From: an uncultured Candidatus Saccharibacteria bacterium
Lineage (GTDB): Bacteria; Patescibacteriota; Minisyncoccia; Phycocordibacterales; UBA918
Assembly (NCBI GenBank): GCA_964402035.1
Contig: CAYOAM010000002.1
Location: 106,111-170,110, forward strand
Direction of reading: 5' to 3'
DNA: 64,000 nucleotides
Part shown: in pieces, positions 26,513 to 35,289 of the stretch
How the letters are laid out: each line of letters starts with the position of its first letter
Numbering within the stretch: position 1 is the first letter of the stretch
Translations under genes and position numbers: made by a program
Notes under the pieces: generated by a model
What the model saw: only the letters and a program-made list of their open reading frames with translations
Told to the model about the DNA's origin: nothing
Databases searched by the model: none

Positions 26513-27535
26513 TTATTGTACGTATGTCACTTCCCATTCAATATTGATATTTGTTTTTTCTTTCACAACATCTGCAATTTTTTTTGCAAACAATATTATT
26601 TCTTTTGCAGTGGCATTTCCATAATTCACAACGACGAGTGCTTGCCTGTCGTAGGTTCCAACAGCACCTTCGCGCACTCCACGCATATGGCATACGTGAT
26701 CGAGGATCCACGCAAGATGCACCTTCACCATCCCACGATCTGTTGTGTGTCCAACTATGTTTGGAAACAGTTCTACCAGAGATGCAAAATGTGCAGCGTC
26801 GATAACAGGATTTTTAAAAAATGATCCCAACGTCCCTACCGTATGCCAGTCAGGAAATTTATTTGATCGTATGGTGATAATACCCGCTCGAACAATACTC
26901 GGAGTCAGGGCCGCACCACCAAGTGATGCAACATATTCTGCAACATCCCGATAGTCGACGCGCGGTTTTCCGGAAGTAGATAAAAAGAAGGATACACTGA
27001 CGATTATCAAATGTTTTCCTTCTACTTCCTTAAAATACGAATGGCGATATGCAAACAAGCATTGTGCTTGTGTGAGTGTTTTGAACGAATTTTGAAGCGG
27101 ATCATATACCAGAACAGTATGCACCACATCTTTCATTTCAACCCCATATGCTCCAACATTTTGTACCGGTGCCGCACCAGCGGTCCCTGGTATTGATGAA
27201 AAATTTTCCATACCCCACACACCACGCTCACATGCATAGGCAACAACATCATCCAATAACTCACCAGCACCAGCCGAAAGGTATGTTCCACCATCACGTG
27301 TCTCTGTAGAAATGCCTTTGATCTCATTTTTGATAATCAGTCCTCGATATCCCTGATCAGAAAATAACATGTTAGAGCCTTCACCAATCACCATGAAGGT
27401 GATCTTTTTTTGTAACGCCCATTGGGTAACCTCCGCTAGTTCATCTCTCGTTTTGACGATACAAAAGAAATCTGCCGTGCCACCAATGTGCAAGGTCGAA
27501 TATTTCTTAAGAGCAACATGTTCCTGTATCAGCAT
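26513..27535 (-). CDS. murB: UDP-N-acetylenolpyruvoylglucosamine reductase.
   Basis: Translation from the internal ATG at 27535 gives MLIQEHVALKKYSTLHIGGTADFF, the canonical MurB N-terminus with its FAD-binding domain. The track start at 27574 would overlap the upstream gene by 34 nt. Confidence 0.88.
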   Translation of the reverse strand: MLIQEHVALKKYSTLHIGGTADFFCIVKTRDELAEVTQWALQKKITFMVIGEGSNMLFSDQGYRGLIIKNEIKGISTETRDGGTYLSAGAGELLDDVVAYACERGVWGMENFSSIPGTAGAAPVQNVGAYGVEMKDVVHTVLVYDPLQNSFKTLTQAQCLFAYRHSYFKEVEGKHLIIVSVSFFLSTSGKPRVDYRDVAEYVASLGGAALTPSIVRAGIITIRSNKFPDWHTVGTLGSFFKNPVIDAAHFASLVELFPNIVGHTTDRGMVKVHLAWILDHVCHMRGVREGAVGTYDRQALVVVNYGNATAKEIILFAKKIADVVKEKTNINIEWEVTYVQ

Positions 27536-27540
27536 ACATG

Positions 27541-28335
27541 TTACATGATATGCCCTCCGCCACCCTTTTGCCACTCTGCACCTCCCAAAAATTGATTGAA
27601 GTAGTCTTTTTCACGAGGAATGGTTAGCTGCAAATTTTCATCTATTGAAATGTTCTCTGAGAATATGACATGGGGTACCTGCGTCATAATAACCCCTGGC
27701 GTACATTCATTGCCCTCCCCCATGGTAAAACTTGCCATAACGGCTAGACTGTCAGCAACATTCATGCGCTCAACTTTTAGCAATCTCCCAAATAGATCGA
27801 GAGTGCCTCGATAATCTTTTACGGGCAAAAACCCAGCAAAACCAATTGCAATCCCAATCGCACCATTGTGAAGCGGTATGCTGTGAGAATCCGTAATAAC
27901 AACGCCAAGGTTAGAAATCTTAAATTTTTCTTGAAGCCTACTTCTAAACAGAGCGGCGGATACCATAGGATCGTGCGGCCACAACACTAGGTGGTTGTGG
28001 CCATTACTTTCATCAATGCCGGCAGAGCCCATAAGCGTGCCATGAATGATCGTGAAGTGGCGATGTTCACCCACATTGCGTTTTATAAAATAGTCAGCCT
28101 CACGTTGTGCCAGTTGTTCTTTTAAAGCGCGCACATCGGTGTCAGGCACAATGGGTACACATCTCCCTTCCCCAATAGCAACAGCTTTTGAACTGAGTGC
28201 CACTACACTATCTTCAGAAAGTGTCTCAATACCAGCACACAGCGCATCAAAAAAATCGTCCTTTGGTGGAAGCAAGGGACGAGTTTTTATTGGGATGATC
28301 TTCATGATGCATGCCTTATGCTCCATTGTTGCCAC
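27541..28335 (-). CDS. Coenzyme F420-0:L-glutamate ligase (CofE)-like family protein.
   Basis: The motifs VVALSSKAVAIGEGR and VVITDSHSIPLHNGAIGIAIGFAG resemble the CofE signatures (..VVSQKIVSKAEGR, ...TDT.GR.WR.G...VAIG). Confidence 0.55.
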   Translation of the reverse strand: MATMEHKACIMKIIPIKTRPLLPPKDDFFDALCAGIETLSEDSVVALSSKAVAIGEGRCVPIVPDTDVRALKEQLAQREADYFIKRNVGEHRHFTIIHGTLMGSAGIDESNGHNHLVLWPHDPMVSAALFRSRLQEKFKISNLGVVITDSHSIPLHNGAIGIAIGFAGFLPVKDYRGTLDLFGRLLKVERMNVADSLAVMASFTMGEGNECTPGVIMTQVPHVIFSENISIDENLQLTIPREKDYFNQFLGGAEWQKGGGGHIM

Positions 28336-28398
28336 ATCTTGGAGTCATGTTACAAACGAGTTCACCGGGTATCATCAGGCAACAACGCCTGCGCACTC

Positions 28399-30597
28399 CT
28401 AATTTGCAGGTTTCTTACCCGATTTAAGCTGCGCAATGTATCCGTCGCCTTGTTCTTTAAAATCAGGGAAATCTTTAGTTGCTTGTTCCAATATCTCGAT
28501 CGCTGTAGCAGTATCTCCACTCTCATTATGTGCAACCGCCAACGATACGCGTGTCTGCAAGTCGTTTGGATTCTTGGTTACACGGACACCCAGAATATCT
28601 TTAATGAGATCAAATCGCTTCGTATCATATGCTGCGCGCAATACAAAGTCGTTTTGATAGTAGGTATCTTTATAATCAGGAATATTGAGCTCGTTAAATA
28701 GAGCGTCATTTTTATCATACAGAGCAGCTGCCATGTAGAACATGCGAGCGTTACTGTAGTTTGGTGCAAGATCGTATGCCTTCTTAAAAGTAGCAACTGC
28801 AGATGGAATGTCATTGAGTTGTAGATGTGCCAAACCCTTCTCAAATAGAATCTGTTGCTTATTTGGAGAAAGAGCGAGCGCAGCATTCAATTCTTCTAAG
28901 GCATGCTTTGGGTCACCGGTCAGACGATAAAATGAACTAATGAACACACGTATACGCGCATCGTCAGGAGTATCAGAAATTTGGTTCACCAATTCTTCTT
29001 CAGTCTTTTTCTTAAACTTTGCCTTGTCAGCATCGGGCAAACCTTGCTGCTGTAGCGCTTCTTGTGTCACCCGTGTCAATTGTTCACGAATTTCTTGATT
29101 ACCGAATGAATTGCGGGACAGTGCGCGATCAAATGCGGCCAAGCGTAAATCAACTGTTTGTTCTTGAAAACCTCCTATAATGTCCGAAGCAGCCAAAAGT
29201 GCAGGCACATTGAGTACGTAGATACCGAACAATAACACCACACCCGCAACCGGCATAAAAATGTTATCAATGACTACCTTAGAGACCGCCGTCTTTTCAA
29301 AAGACGGCATTGCTACGCTCACGCGCGTATGGATGAGTGCGAGAATGGTGCCATAAAAGAGATAGCTGATTATGTTGTCGAATACAAACAAGTTATGGAA
29401 CATATATCCCGCCAAGAGACCAAGGAGTACCCCTTGTTCAGTGACTGAAAATTCACCCACATCAGCAATGCCCTTCCACGAGCGTATGCGTGGTCGAATC
29501 GCAACGTAATAGATCGCTGAAAAATAGATAGCAAAATATGCAACGAAGCCAAGTACCCCTCCTGCGATGAGCCAGTCAAAAAAGATATTATGCACGCGAT
29601 CAAACCACGGCTCTTCACCATGAAGACGAGGATCATAATTTTGATTGAACACATAATTAAAATTCTCTTGACCCCACCCAAGGACTGGGCGTTCCTTCAC
29701 ACCCTCCCAAGCCATATTCCAAATTACCAAACGAGTATCAAGCGAACGAAGAGAGAATGCCGAGGCTATACGCGCAAGTGCTTCATTGTTTTGCACAAAT
29801 GAGCTCGTACGCGCGACATAGAGCGTCCCCACAAGGACGACGACTAGCAGCAACAATCCGGCGGCATAATTTCGTATGCGGACAGCCCCTGCTGAAAAAA
29901 GCGCTATGTAGGACGCAGCGACACCTAACCCCACCACAAGACCTCCAAACGTACCACGAGTAGCTGTCTGATAGAGCAAGTATGCAAAAATCAGAGCAAA
30001 TCCTATGTACAGGCGTTGCATATTTTTTGAGGTCGCACGTACGGAGAGATATCCTGCAATAAAGACATGAAAGAGCATGTAGATGGCGAAATATGCAGCG
30101 TTGCCAAGCGTTGCATCGACACGCACCCCTCCCTGATTAATTTGAATTGCCCCGCCCAACTGTGCAAATGCATAAATGGATACCAGTGAAGCCGCTGCTA
30201 TAGTCGTGTTGAGGAAATAATTCCACAATTTCTGCGTATTCAAGATATGTGCCGCAGCGAGTACATAGAGTCCAACATGAAAAATAGCAACAAAGCCTTC
30301 CATGCGCTCGAAGTTGCTCCAGAGACTTTTTTGCGTATTAATACCCGAGAGATCAGCAGCGAGAATAATACCCAACCATGACAGTACCGCAACTAGAATA
30401 TACGAAAAACGCGGTCGGTATTTTGGCTCATACAGAGCAAGCATTGCCCACGCAACAAAGACAACCTCTACAACTACTCGGAAAATAAAATTCTTTCCGG
30501 TGATGAATGGAAAGAATAAAGAGTTAGTAACAACCAATGGTAAAAATGGGAGAACAAAAATACCTGCAAGGGCAACCGATCGTAGTAAATCTTTCAT
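28399..30597 (-). CDS. O-antigen ligase / Wzy-like polytopic membrane domain fused to C-terminal tetratricopeptide repeats.
   Basis: The N-terminal roughly 450 aa has at least 10 TM helices in a Wzy_C-like arrangement. The C-terminal roughly 250 aa has TPR-like repeats (ALALSPNKQQILFEKGLAHLQLNDIPSAVATFKKAYDLAPNYSNARMFYMAAALY). Confidence 0.7.
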   Translation of the reverse strand: MKDLLRSVALAGIFVLPFLPLVVTNSLFFPFITGKNFIFRVVVEVVFVAWAMLALYEPKYRPRFSYILVAVLSWLGIILAADLSGINTQKSLWSNFERMEGFVAIFHVGLYVLAAAHILNTQKLWNYFLNTTIAAASLVSIYAFAQLGGAIQINQGGVRVDATLGNAAYFAIYMLFHVFIAGYLSVRATSKNMQRLYIGFALIFAYLLYQTATRGTFGGLVVGLGVAASYIALFSAGAVRIRNYAAGLLLLVVVLVGTLYVARTSSFVQNNEALARIASAFSLRSLDTRLVIWNMAWEGVKERPVLGWGQENFNYVFNQNYDPRLHGEEPWFDRVHNIFFDWLIAGGVLGFVAYFAIYFSAIYYVAIRPRIRSWKGIADVGEFSVTEQGVLLGLLAGYMFHNLFVFDNIISYLFYGTILALIHTRVSVAMPSFEKTAVSKVVIDNIFMPVAGVVLLFGIYVLNVPALLAASDIIGGFQEQTVDLRLAAFDRALSRNSFGNQEIREQLTRVTQEALQQQGLPDADKAKFKKKTEEELVNQISDTPDDARIRVFISSFYRLTGDPKHALEELNAALALSPNKQQILFEKGLAHLQLNDIPSAVATFKKAYDLAPNYSNARMFYMAAALYDKNDALFNELNIPDYKDTYYQNDFVLRAAYDTKRFDLIKDILGVRVTKNPNDLQTRVSLAVAHNESGDTATAIEILEQATKDFPDFKEQGDGYIAQLKSGKKPAN

Positions 30598-30680
30598 ACG
30601 GGTGAAACTATACCATTCTGGATTTCTAAAGACCAGCGCAGTTAGAATACATCAAGTTAGAGCACGTTTTATGACACTCA

Positions 30681-31142
30681 TCAAGATGTAAATCGCTTTA
30701 AAAGTTCTGAACTCGATTGCACCTTCCCACCACGGCCGACATTAAATACCATTTCTATACCATGTGCACGACACACATCGGTTTCGGGAATATCTTTTTC
30801 ACTTTTGCGATCGCCACCATTTGCAAAAATAGCAGGCTGTATGACTTCAAGTGCTTCGGATACATCACTACGCTCTGATTCCAAAATGTATGTCTCATCA
30901 ACACATGAAAACCCTTCAATAATTTCCGCTCGTTCATCCTGCGGCATAAAAGCTTTTCCCTTTTTCCGAACCAACCAAGAATCACCGTTGAGTATGACAA
31001 CAAGCTTTCCTTCAACACCCACGAGCGCTTTGGCCTCTTCGAACATCCGCAGATGTCCGACATGTACTGGATCAAAACCTCCACTCACAGCAACGGTCTT
31101 ACCAGAATGTTCTTTCGTGGATCGTTTATGGTAATAGCTCAT
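30681..31142 (-). CDS. Cytidylyl/adenylyltransferase-like protein, RfaE-domain-II-like (D-beta-D-heptose-1-phosphate adenylyltransferase-type fold).
   Basis: The nucleotidyltransferase motif GGFDPVHVGHLRMFEEAKALG (HxGH) is present. FANGGD and ...HGIEMVF align with the RfaE-II LVKGGDY and ANGGEV regions. Confidence 0.65.
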   Translation of the reverse strand: MSYYHKRSTKEHSGKTVAVSGGFDPVHVGHLRMFEEAKALVGVEGKLVVILNGDSWLVRKKGKAFMPQDERAEIIEGFSCVDETYILESERSDVSEALEVIQPAIFANGGDRKSEKDIPETDVCRAHGIEMVFNVGRGGKVQSSSELLKRFTS

Positions 31143-31211
31143 ATAGAGTATCGTACCAGTTTAAAACTACTCCAGAAAATCAAAGGTTCCAAGTTTAGTT
31201 AAAAATTAAAC

Positions 31212-31976
31212 TCACAGACCTTCGTTCCCTCCTTTCTCCTTTTTCCAGAACTCAATCAGCGCTTCTGCAAGATAGAAGTCGAGCATAGTATTGATATCAA
31301 CTGACCGCTCACCGGGTACGACATACGGACGTGTCACGATATCATCGGCACCATAGAGTTTTTTGTGCACCATCACAATATCGCGTTTTGATGCATACAC
31401 TGCCCCATTGCGCTTATAGACCGGCATAAGTTTTTGTCGTGTATTTTCTGTCTCATGATAATTTTCGACATACTGCATGAGGCGATCATCTTCGGTAATT
31501 CGCTTTGCTTTTGCGGGATGATGTTCATTGACTTCATAGACACTCATCACTGAATCAGCACCTGTTTCCACGAGCTTTTGCAGTGCACCATCAATATCTT
31601 CGGTTGTCGTAAATGGTGTCGTTGGTTGGAGCATGACCACATGATCAAAGCGAATGCCTTCGAGCGCCTCCAGGGTCTCGACCGCATGCTCGATAACAGG
31701 AAGTGACGGACTTTTGTCTTGCGCCAATTCAGGTGGGCGTTTCAAAGCATGTACTCGATCACCGCCAAGCTGGCGTGACACTTCCAAAATCTCATCATCA
31801 TCTGAAGATACAACTAATTTTGTAATCCACGCACTCTGCGACGCAGCCTCAATCATGTAGCCAATGAGTGGCTTGCCACCCAATGGTCTAATATTTTTTC
31901 TTGGTACACCTTTTGAACCACCTCGAGCGGTGATGATCGCAATAATAGCGGGGCGCTTATTATATTCTTTATCCAT
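31212..31976 (-). CDS. Acylneuraminate cytidylyltransferase family enzyme (CMP-nonulosonic acid synthetase, NeuA/PseF/LegF-like).
   Basis: IAIITARGGSKGVPRKNIRPLGGKPLIGYMIEAA is the CMP-NeuAc synthetase N-terminal signature. Confidence 0.8.
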   Translation of the reverse strand: MDKEYNKRPAIIAIITARGGSKGVPRKNIRPLGGKPLIGYMIEAASQSAWITKLVVSSDDDEILEVSRQLGGDRVHALKRPPELAQDKSPSLPVIEHAVETLEALEGIRFDHVVMLQPTTPFTTTEDIDGALQKLVETGADSVMSVYEVNEHHPAKAKRITEDDRLMQYVENYHETENTRQKLMPVYKRNGAVYASKRDIVMVHKKLYGADDIVTRPYVVPGERSVDINTMLDFYLAEALIEFWKKEKGGNEGL

Positions 31977-31979
31977 AGA

Positions 31980-32927
31980 TTAATGAGTAGCGAGATACGC
32001 TGATAATTTTTTTGCCATAAAAACGTCAGTGCCAATGCGTGAATCATGTGTCAAGCCGCCGGTATGTGGAACGATAATACAATTCTGATGTACTTTAGCG
32101 TATTCAACAAGTGGGTGATTTTTAAACTCTTTCAATAGATCGAGTTCGTGAGCCAATACATCAGTGGCGTAGCCACCAAGCGTTCCCGCTTCTAGCGCAC
32201 GCAACACTGCCGCTTCATCTACAATTTCACCACGTGACGTATTGATAAGTACGGCTGATGGCTTCATCTTTTGTAAGACCTCCTTTGTAAAAAGTCCTTG
32301 CGTATCATCCTTAAGATGCACATGGATTGAAATCGCATCACTTTCCTTGAGCAGTGTCTCAAAATCTACTTTAGTATATTGTGGAAACTCTTCGGGAGAT
32401 ACGTTAGGGTCGCAGAATATAATACGCATACCCCAGCCTGCCGCACCACGTGCAACAATTCTTCCTAAACGTCCCATTCCCAAAATACCAAGTGTCTTGC
32501 CCGACAGGCTTCTGCCACGAAATTCCTCGAGATGCAGTTCATGCCGCTGTATCGAAGCAAATGCCCATGGGTTGTATCGATAGAGATCTATCAGTAAACC
32601 AAATGCGAGCTCCGCTGTACTCGTGATGGTGTTTAAAAATTCATTTTCGCCACGAAGTGATAACACTTCGATACCTCGATCTTTTGCTGATATAAGATCG
32701 AGGTGATTGAGACCCGTGGTAGCCGTTGCGACAGCTCGCAAATTCGCTCCGTTTTTAAGCACCGTATCGTTTACCGAAAGTCCGATACGCACAAAGAGCG
32801 CGTCATACTCAGAAATCCGCGCCTCGAGTTCTTCTTGGGTAAGTTGTACATAATCAACTTCGCCTAGTGCATCAAGCACTGGTCGAGCTTCCGGCGAGAA
32901 ATCAGCAACAGCACAGAGAATCTTCAT
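31980..32927 (-). CDS. D-isomer-specific 2-hydroxyacid dehydrogenase family oxidoreductase.
   Basis: The NAD-binding motif GILGMGRLGRIVA is present, and the conserved catalytic-domain layout matches PGDH / GlyR-like proteins. Confidence 0.75.
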   Translation of the reverse strand: MKILCAVADFSPEARPVLDALGEVDYVQLTQEELEARISEYDALFVRIGLSVNDTVLKNGANLRAVATATTGLNHLDLISAKDRGIEVLSLRGENEFLNTITSTAELAFGLLIDLYRYNPWAFASIQRHELHLEEFRGRSLSGKTLGILGMGRLGRIVARGAAGWGMRIIFCDPNVSPEEFPQYTKVDFETLLKESDAISIHVHLKDDTQGLFTKEVLQKMKPSAVLINTSRGEIVDEAAVLRALEAGTLGGYATDVLAHELDLLKEFKNHPLVEYAKVHQNCIIVPHTGGLTHDSRIGTDVFMAKKLSAYLATH

Positions 32928-33052
32928 ACCTAGAACATGTTTAAAAACCCATCTACTTCGTTGTCTGCGTCGCTCAAACCACTCATCGTATATCGAATAC
33001 TCGTCGGGTTCTCGCTTCTTGACGCCTCGTATCTGTAGTTTTTATCCATGTT

Positions 33053-34042
33053 CTATAAAGCTGACACTTCTTCCCAGTTGTAGATCCACTGATCTTCTGC
33101 GGGGCTCGTCTGATCTTTCTTAGGACTTGCAAATCGGCCGCGGTAATAGTCACGATTTAGTAATTCGACATCGGTCATTGCGCGAGTCTCAGTCCCAATC
33201 ATGACTTCCCAATCTGGACGCTTGGCTAGAATCTGTGCTTTTTGTTCATCCTTCGAGAGTTTGCGAAAATCAGAAAGTTCTTTTAGGAGCATTGGCGTCA
33301 TCGACACCGGACCATCTTTTGTCTCACTAGGAGCAAGTACCGTGTAGTGTCGTTCAACATAATCAGCACCAAGCATGATCGCGGTCTTAGCGGCGATGAT
33401 GTCATTGTCTTCAATCTTGGTGTGATCCGACCATCCAACTTCGGGAGTGTACTGCCGCAGCCACTCCATGCGTGCAAGATTGCACATGGGAAGTGTATTT
33501 GGGTAACTCGTCACACAGTGAAGAAACACAAAACGCTTGCCGAGCTCTTTCATGAGCGCAGCGGTTTTTTCTATCTCTTCATCAAACGTTGCGCCGGTTG
33601 AAATAATAAAATTATCAAAGTGTTCAGCGAGTTCACGCAGCAGTGGGTAGGATGCACAGTCATAGCTAGGCACCTTGATCCAACTTCCCTTCCAGGAAAG
33701 TTTTGCGACATCCTTGATTCTGTGACGCGCAAAAATAGCGGTAAGCGGGATAACATTATTCGCAACACAGGTATCAATAAAAAACTGGTGATCGTCAATG
33801 GAGAGATCGAGCTTTGAAAGACGGTCGACTTCGGCTTGATATGGTCGTTTGATCGCGGTCTGCTTCCCTGTGGAGTCCACCGTCCCTTCCTCAAAACGCT
33901 CACGCTTGGTGACATCCGCTGACCATATCGACTGCATCTTGACCATGTCTGCACCATTCTCTGCTGCGGACTTTATCATCGCTGCCAATGTCTCACGAGA
34001 TCCATTATGGTTTTGGCACACCTCGGCAATTATTTTTGTCAT
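33053..34042 (-). CDS. NeuB-family (N-acetylneuraminate/pseudaminate/legionaminate synthase-like) TIM-barrel aldolase.
   Basis: IIAEVCQNHNGSRETLAAMIKSAAENGADMVKMQ matches the NeuB signature (IAEIG.NHNG....A..LI..A...GAD.VKFQ). I take the start at MTKIIAEV (34042). The C-terminal region does not look like a canonical SAF domain. Confidence 0.7.
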   Translation of the reverse strand: MTKIIAEVCQNHNGSRETLAAMIKSAAENGADMVKMQSIWSADVTKRERFEEGTVDSTGKQTAIKRPYQAEVDRLSKLDLSIDDHQFFIDTCVANNVIPLTAIFARHRIKDVAKLSWKGSWIKVPSYDCASYPLLRELAEHFDNFIISTGATFDEEIEKTAALMKELGKRFVFLHCVTSYPNTLPMCNLARMEWLRQYTPEVGWSDHTKIEDNDIIAAKTAIMLGADYVERHYTVLAPSETKDGPVSMTPMLLKELSDFRKLSKDEQKAQILAKRPDWEVMIGTETRAMTDVELLNRDYYRGRFASPKKDQTSPAEDQWIYNWEEVSAL

Positions 34043-34115
34043 ATTACTTCTAACCATTATGTGACGATAAACGTTGCTTAACGGTACCAAAAAACAAGCC
34101 TTAAAACAACCGCCA

Positions 34116-35285
34116 CTATTTTGCCAGAAATCGATCGGCCATAAGTTGTGCCGACACAGTATTTCCGTTCATAGTACCCCAACGAGACGCGATTTCATCG
34201 CACACTTTTGTACTCTGCTCACGCAACGCGCCCCCCTCCTTGAGAATATCTGCAAGTGGCTGTCCCTCATATACTAGACCAATACCCAGACCAGCCACGG
34301 CGCGATTATTAAAATAGATTTCGGGATCATCTGTTGGATCAAATTTTGGTACTACAAGTGGTGTACCACAAAACATTGAGAGCCAAATAGAGCCCCATCC
34401 TGCACGCGCAAATTGAAACTGTATAGCCGGATTTGGAATGATATGCGGCAATGCTTTTGTCGCACCCTCTACAGCCGTAGTGTCATTTGAATACAAACGC
34501 AAACCTAGCTCTCGTGCTTCTTTATATAGCCGTTCAAGTCCCTCAATGCCGGTAATTGTCACGAAAATACCATCCTCCATTTTTTCAGTACTCGCTTTTG
34601 GAAGGTCGGTAATTGGTGGGACTAAAACCTCACCTGCATAACGCGGAGCATAGGCCTGTTGATCCCACGAAAATGTTGCAGGATACGCCATGAGGTTCAT
34701 ATTTTGCTTGCCTTCGATACTATCGGCCAAAGCGACACCTTGCTTGAGTAGTGCTGGATCAACATCAATAGCATCTCGACCGACCACGAGCGATTGTTCT
34801 AATATTTCTGCAATGTAACCAAAGGTTGTTGAATACGACGGAGCGATATCATAGCGAATACGCGGACTACGATTGATTTCAAGTACGATATTATTCCCAT
34901 CAACGATATGCTTTTCTCCGCCAAAGGTTTCGACCTCAAATGAGTTTTGTAAATGTGTATGTGCTTCATTGCCCACACGATCAGCGTTCTCTATCCAAAA
35001 CTGTAATGTCTCTTCGTACTTTGCTTTTCCGGTATAAAAGATTGACTTCAAGAGAGCTCCCAAAACAGGGACAAGCAAGATTTCTAGAGGATAAGTTGCA
35101 ATATGCGCCCCAAACTCTTCGAGCATGATTGCTTTCTGCTTCTCTCCATACACCCATGGAACGATAACCGGCATCCGCTGTTGCCCACGCTTTTCTAGTT
35201 CGTCGTTAAATGCAATAGCTAACTCGGTGGTGCGCAGGTATGGTCCCGTACCGTAGGCGAAGTTGGTGACAATATAACGAGACAT
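34116..35285 (-). CDS. Hypothetical protein of 389 aa embedded in the nonulosonic-acid-like cluster.
   Basis: I recognised no confident family. There is weak resemblance to GT-B / epimerase-like folds (a Gly-rich stretch AGLGIGLVYEG near the C-terminus). The function is unassigned. Confidence 0.4.
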   Translation of the reverse strand: MSRYIVTNFAYGTGPYLRTTELAIAFNDELEKRGQQRMPVIVPWVYGEKQKAIMLEEFGAHIATYPLEILLVPVLGALLKSIFYTGKAKYEETLQFWIENADRVGNEAHTHLQNSFEVETFGGEKHIVDGNNIVLEINRSPRIRYDIAPSYSTTFGYIAEILEQSLVVGRDAIDVDPALLKQGVALADSIEGKQNMNLMAYPATFSWDQQAYAPRYAGEVLVPPITDLPKASTEKMEDGIFVTITGIEGLERLYKEARELGLRLYSNDTTAVEGATKALPHIIPNPAIQFQFARAGWGSIWLSMFCGTPLVVPKFDPTDDPEIYFNNRAVAGLGIGLVYEGQPLADILKEGGALREQSTKVCDEIASRWGTMNGNTVSAQLMADRFLAK

Positions 35286-35289
35286 ACGA

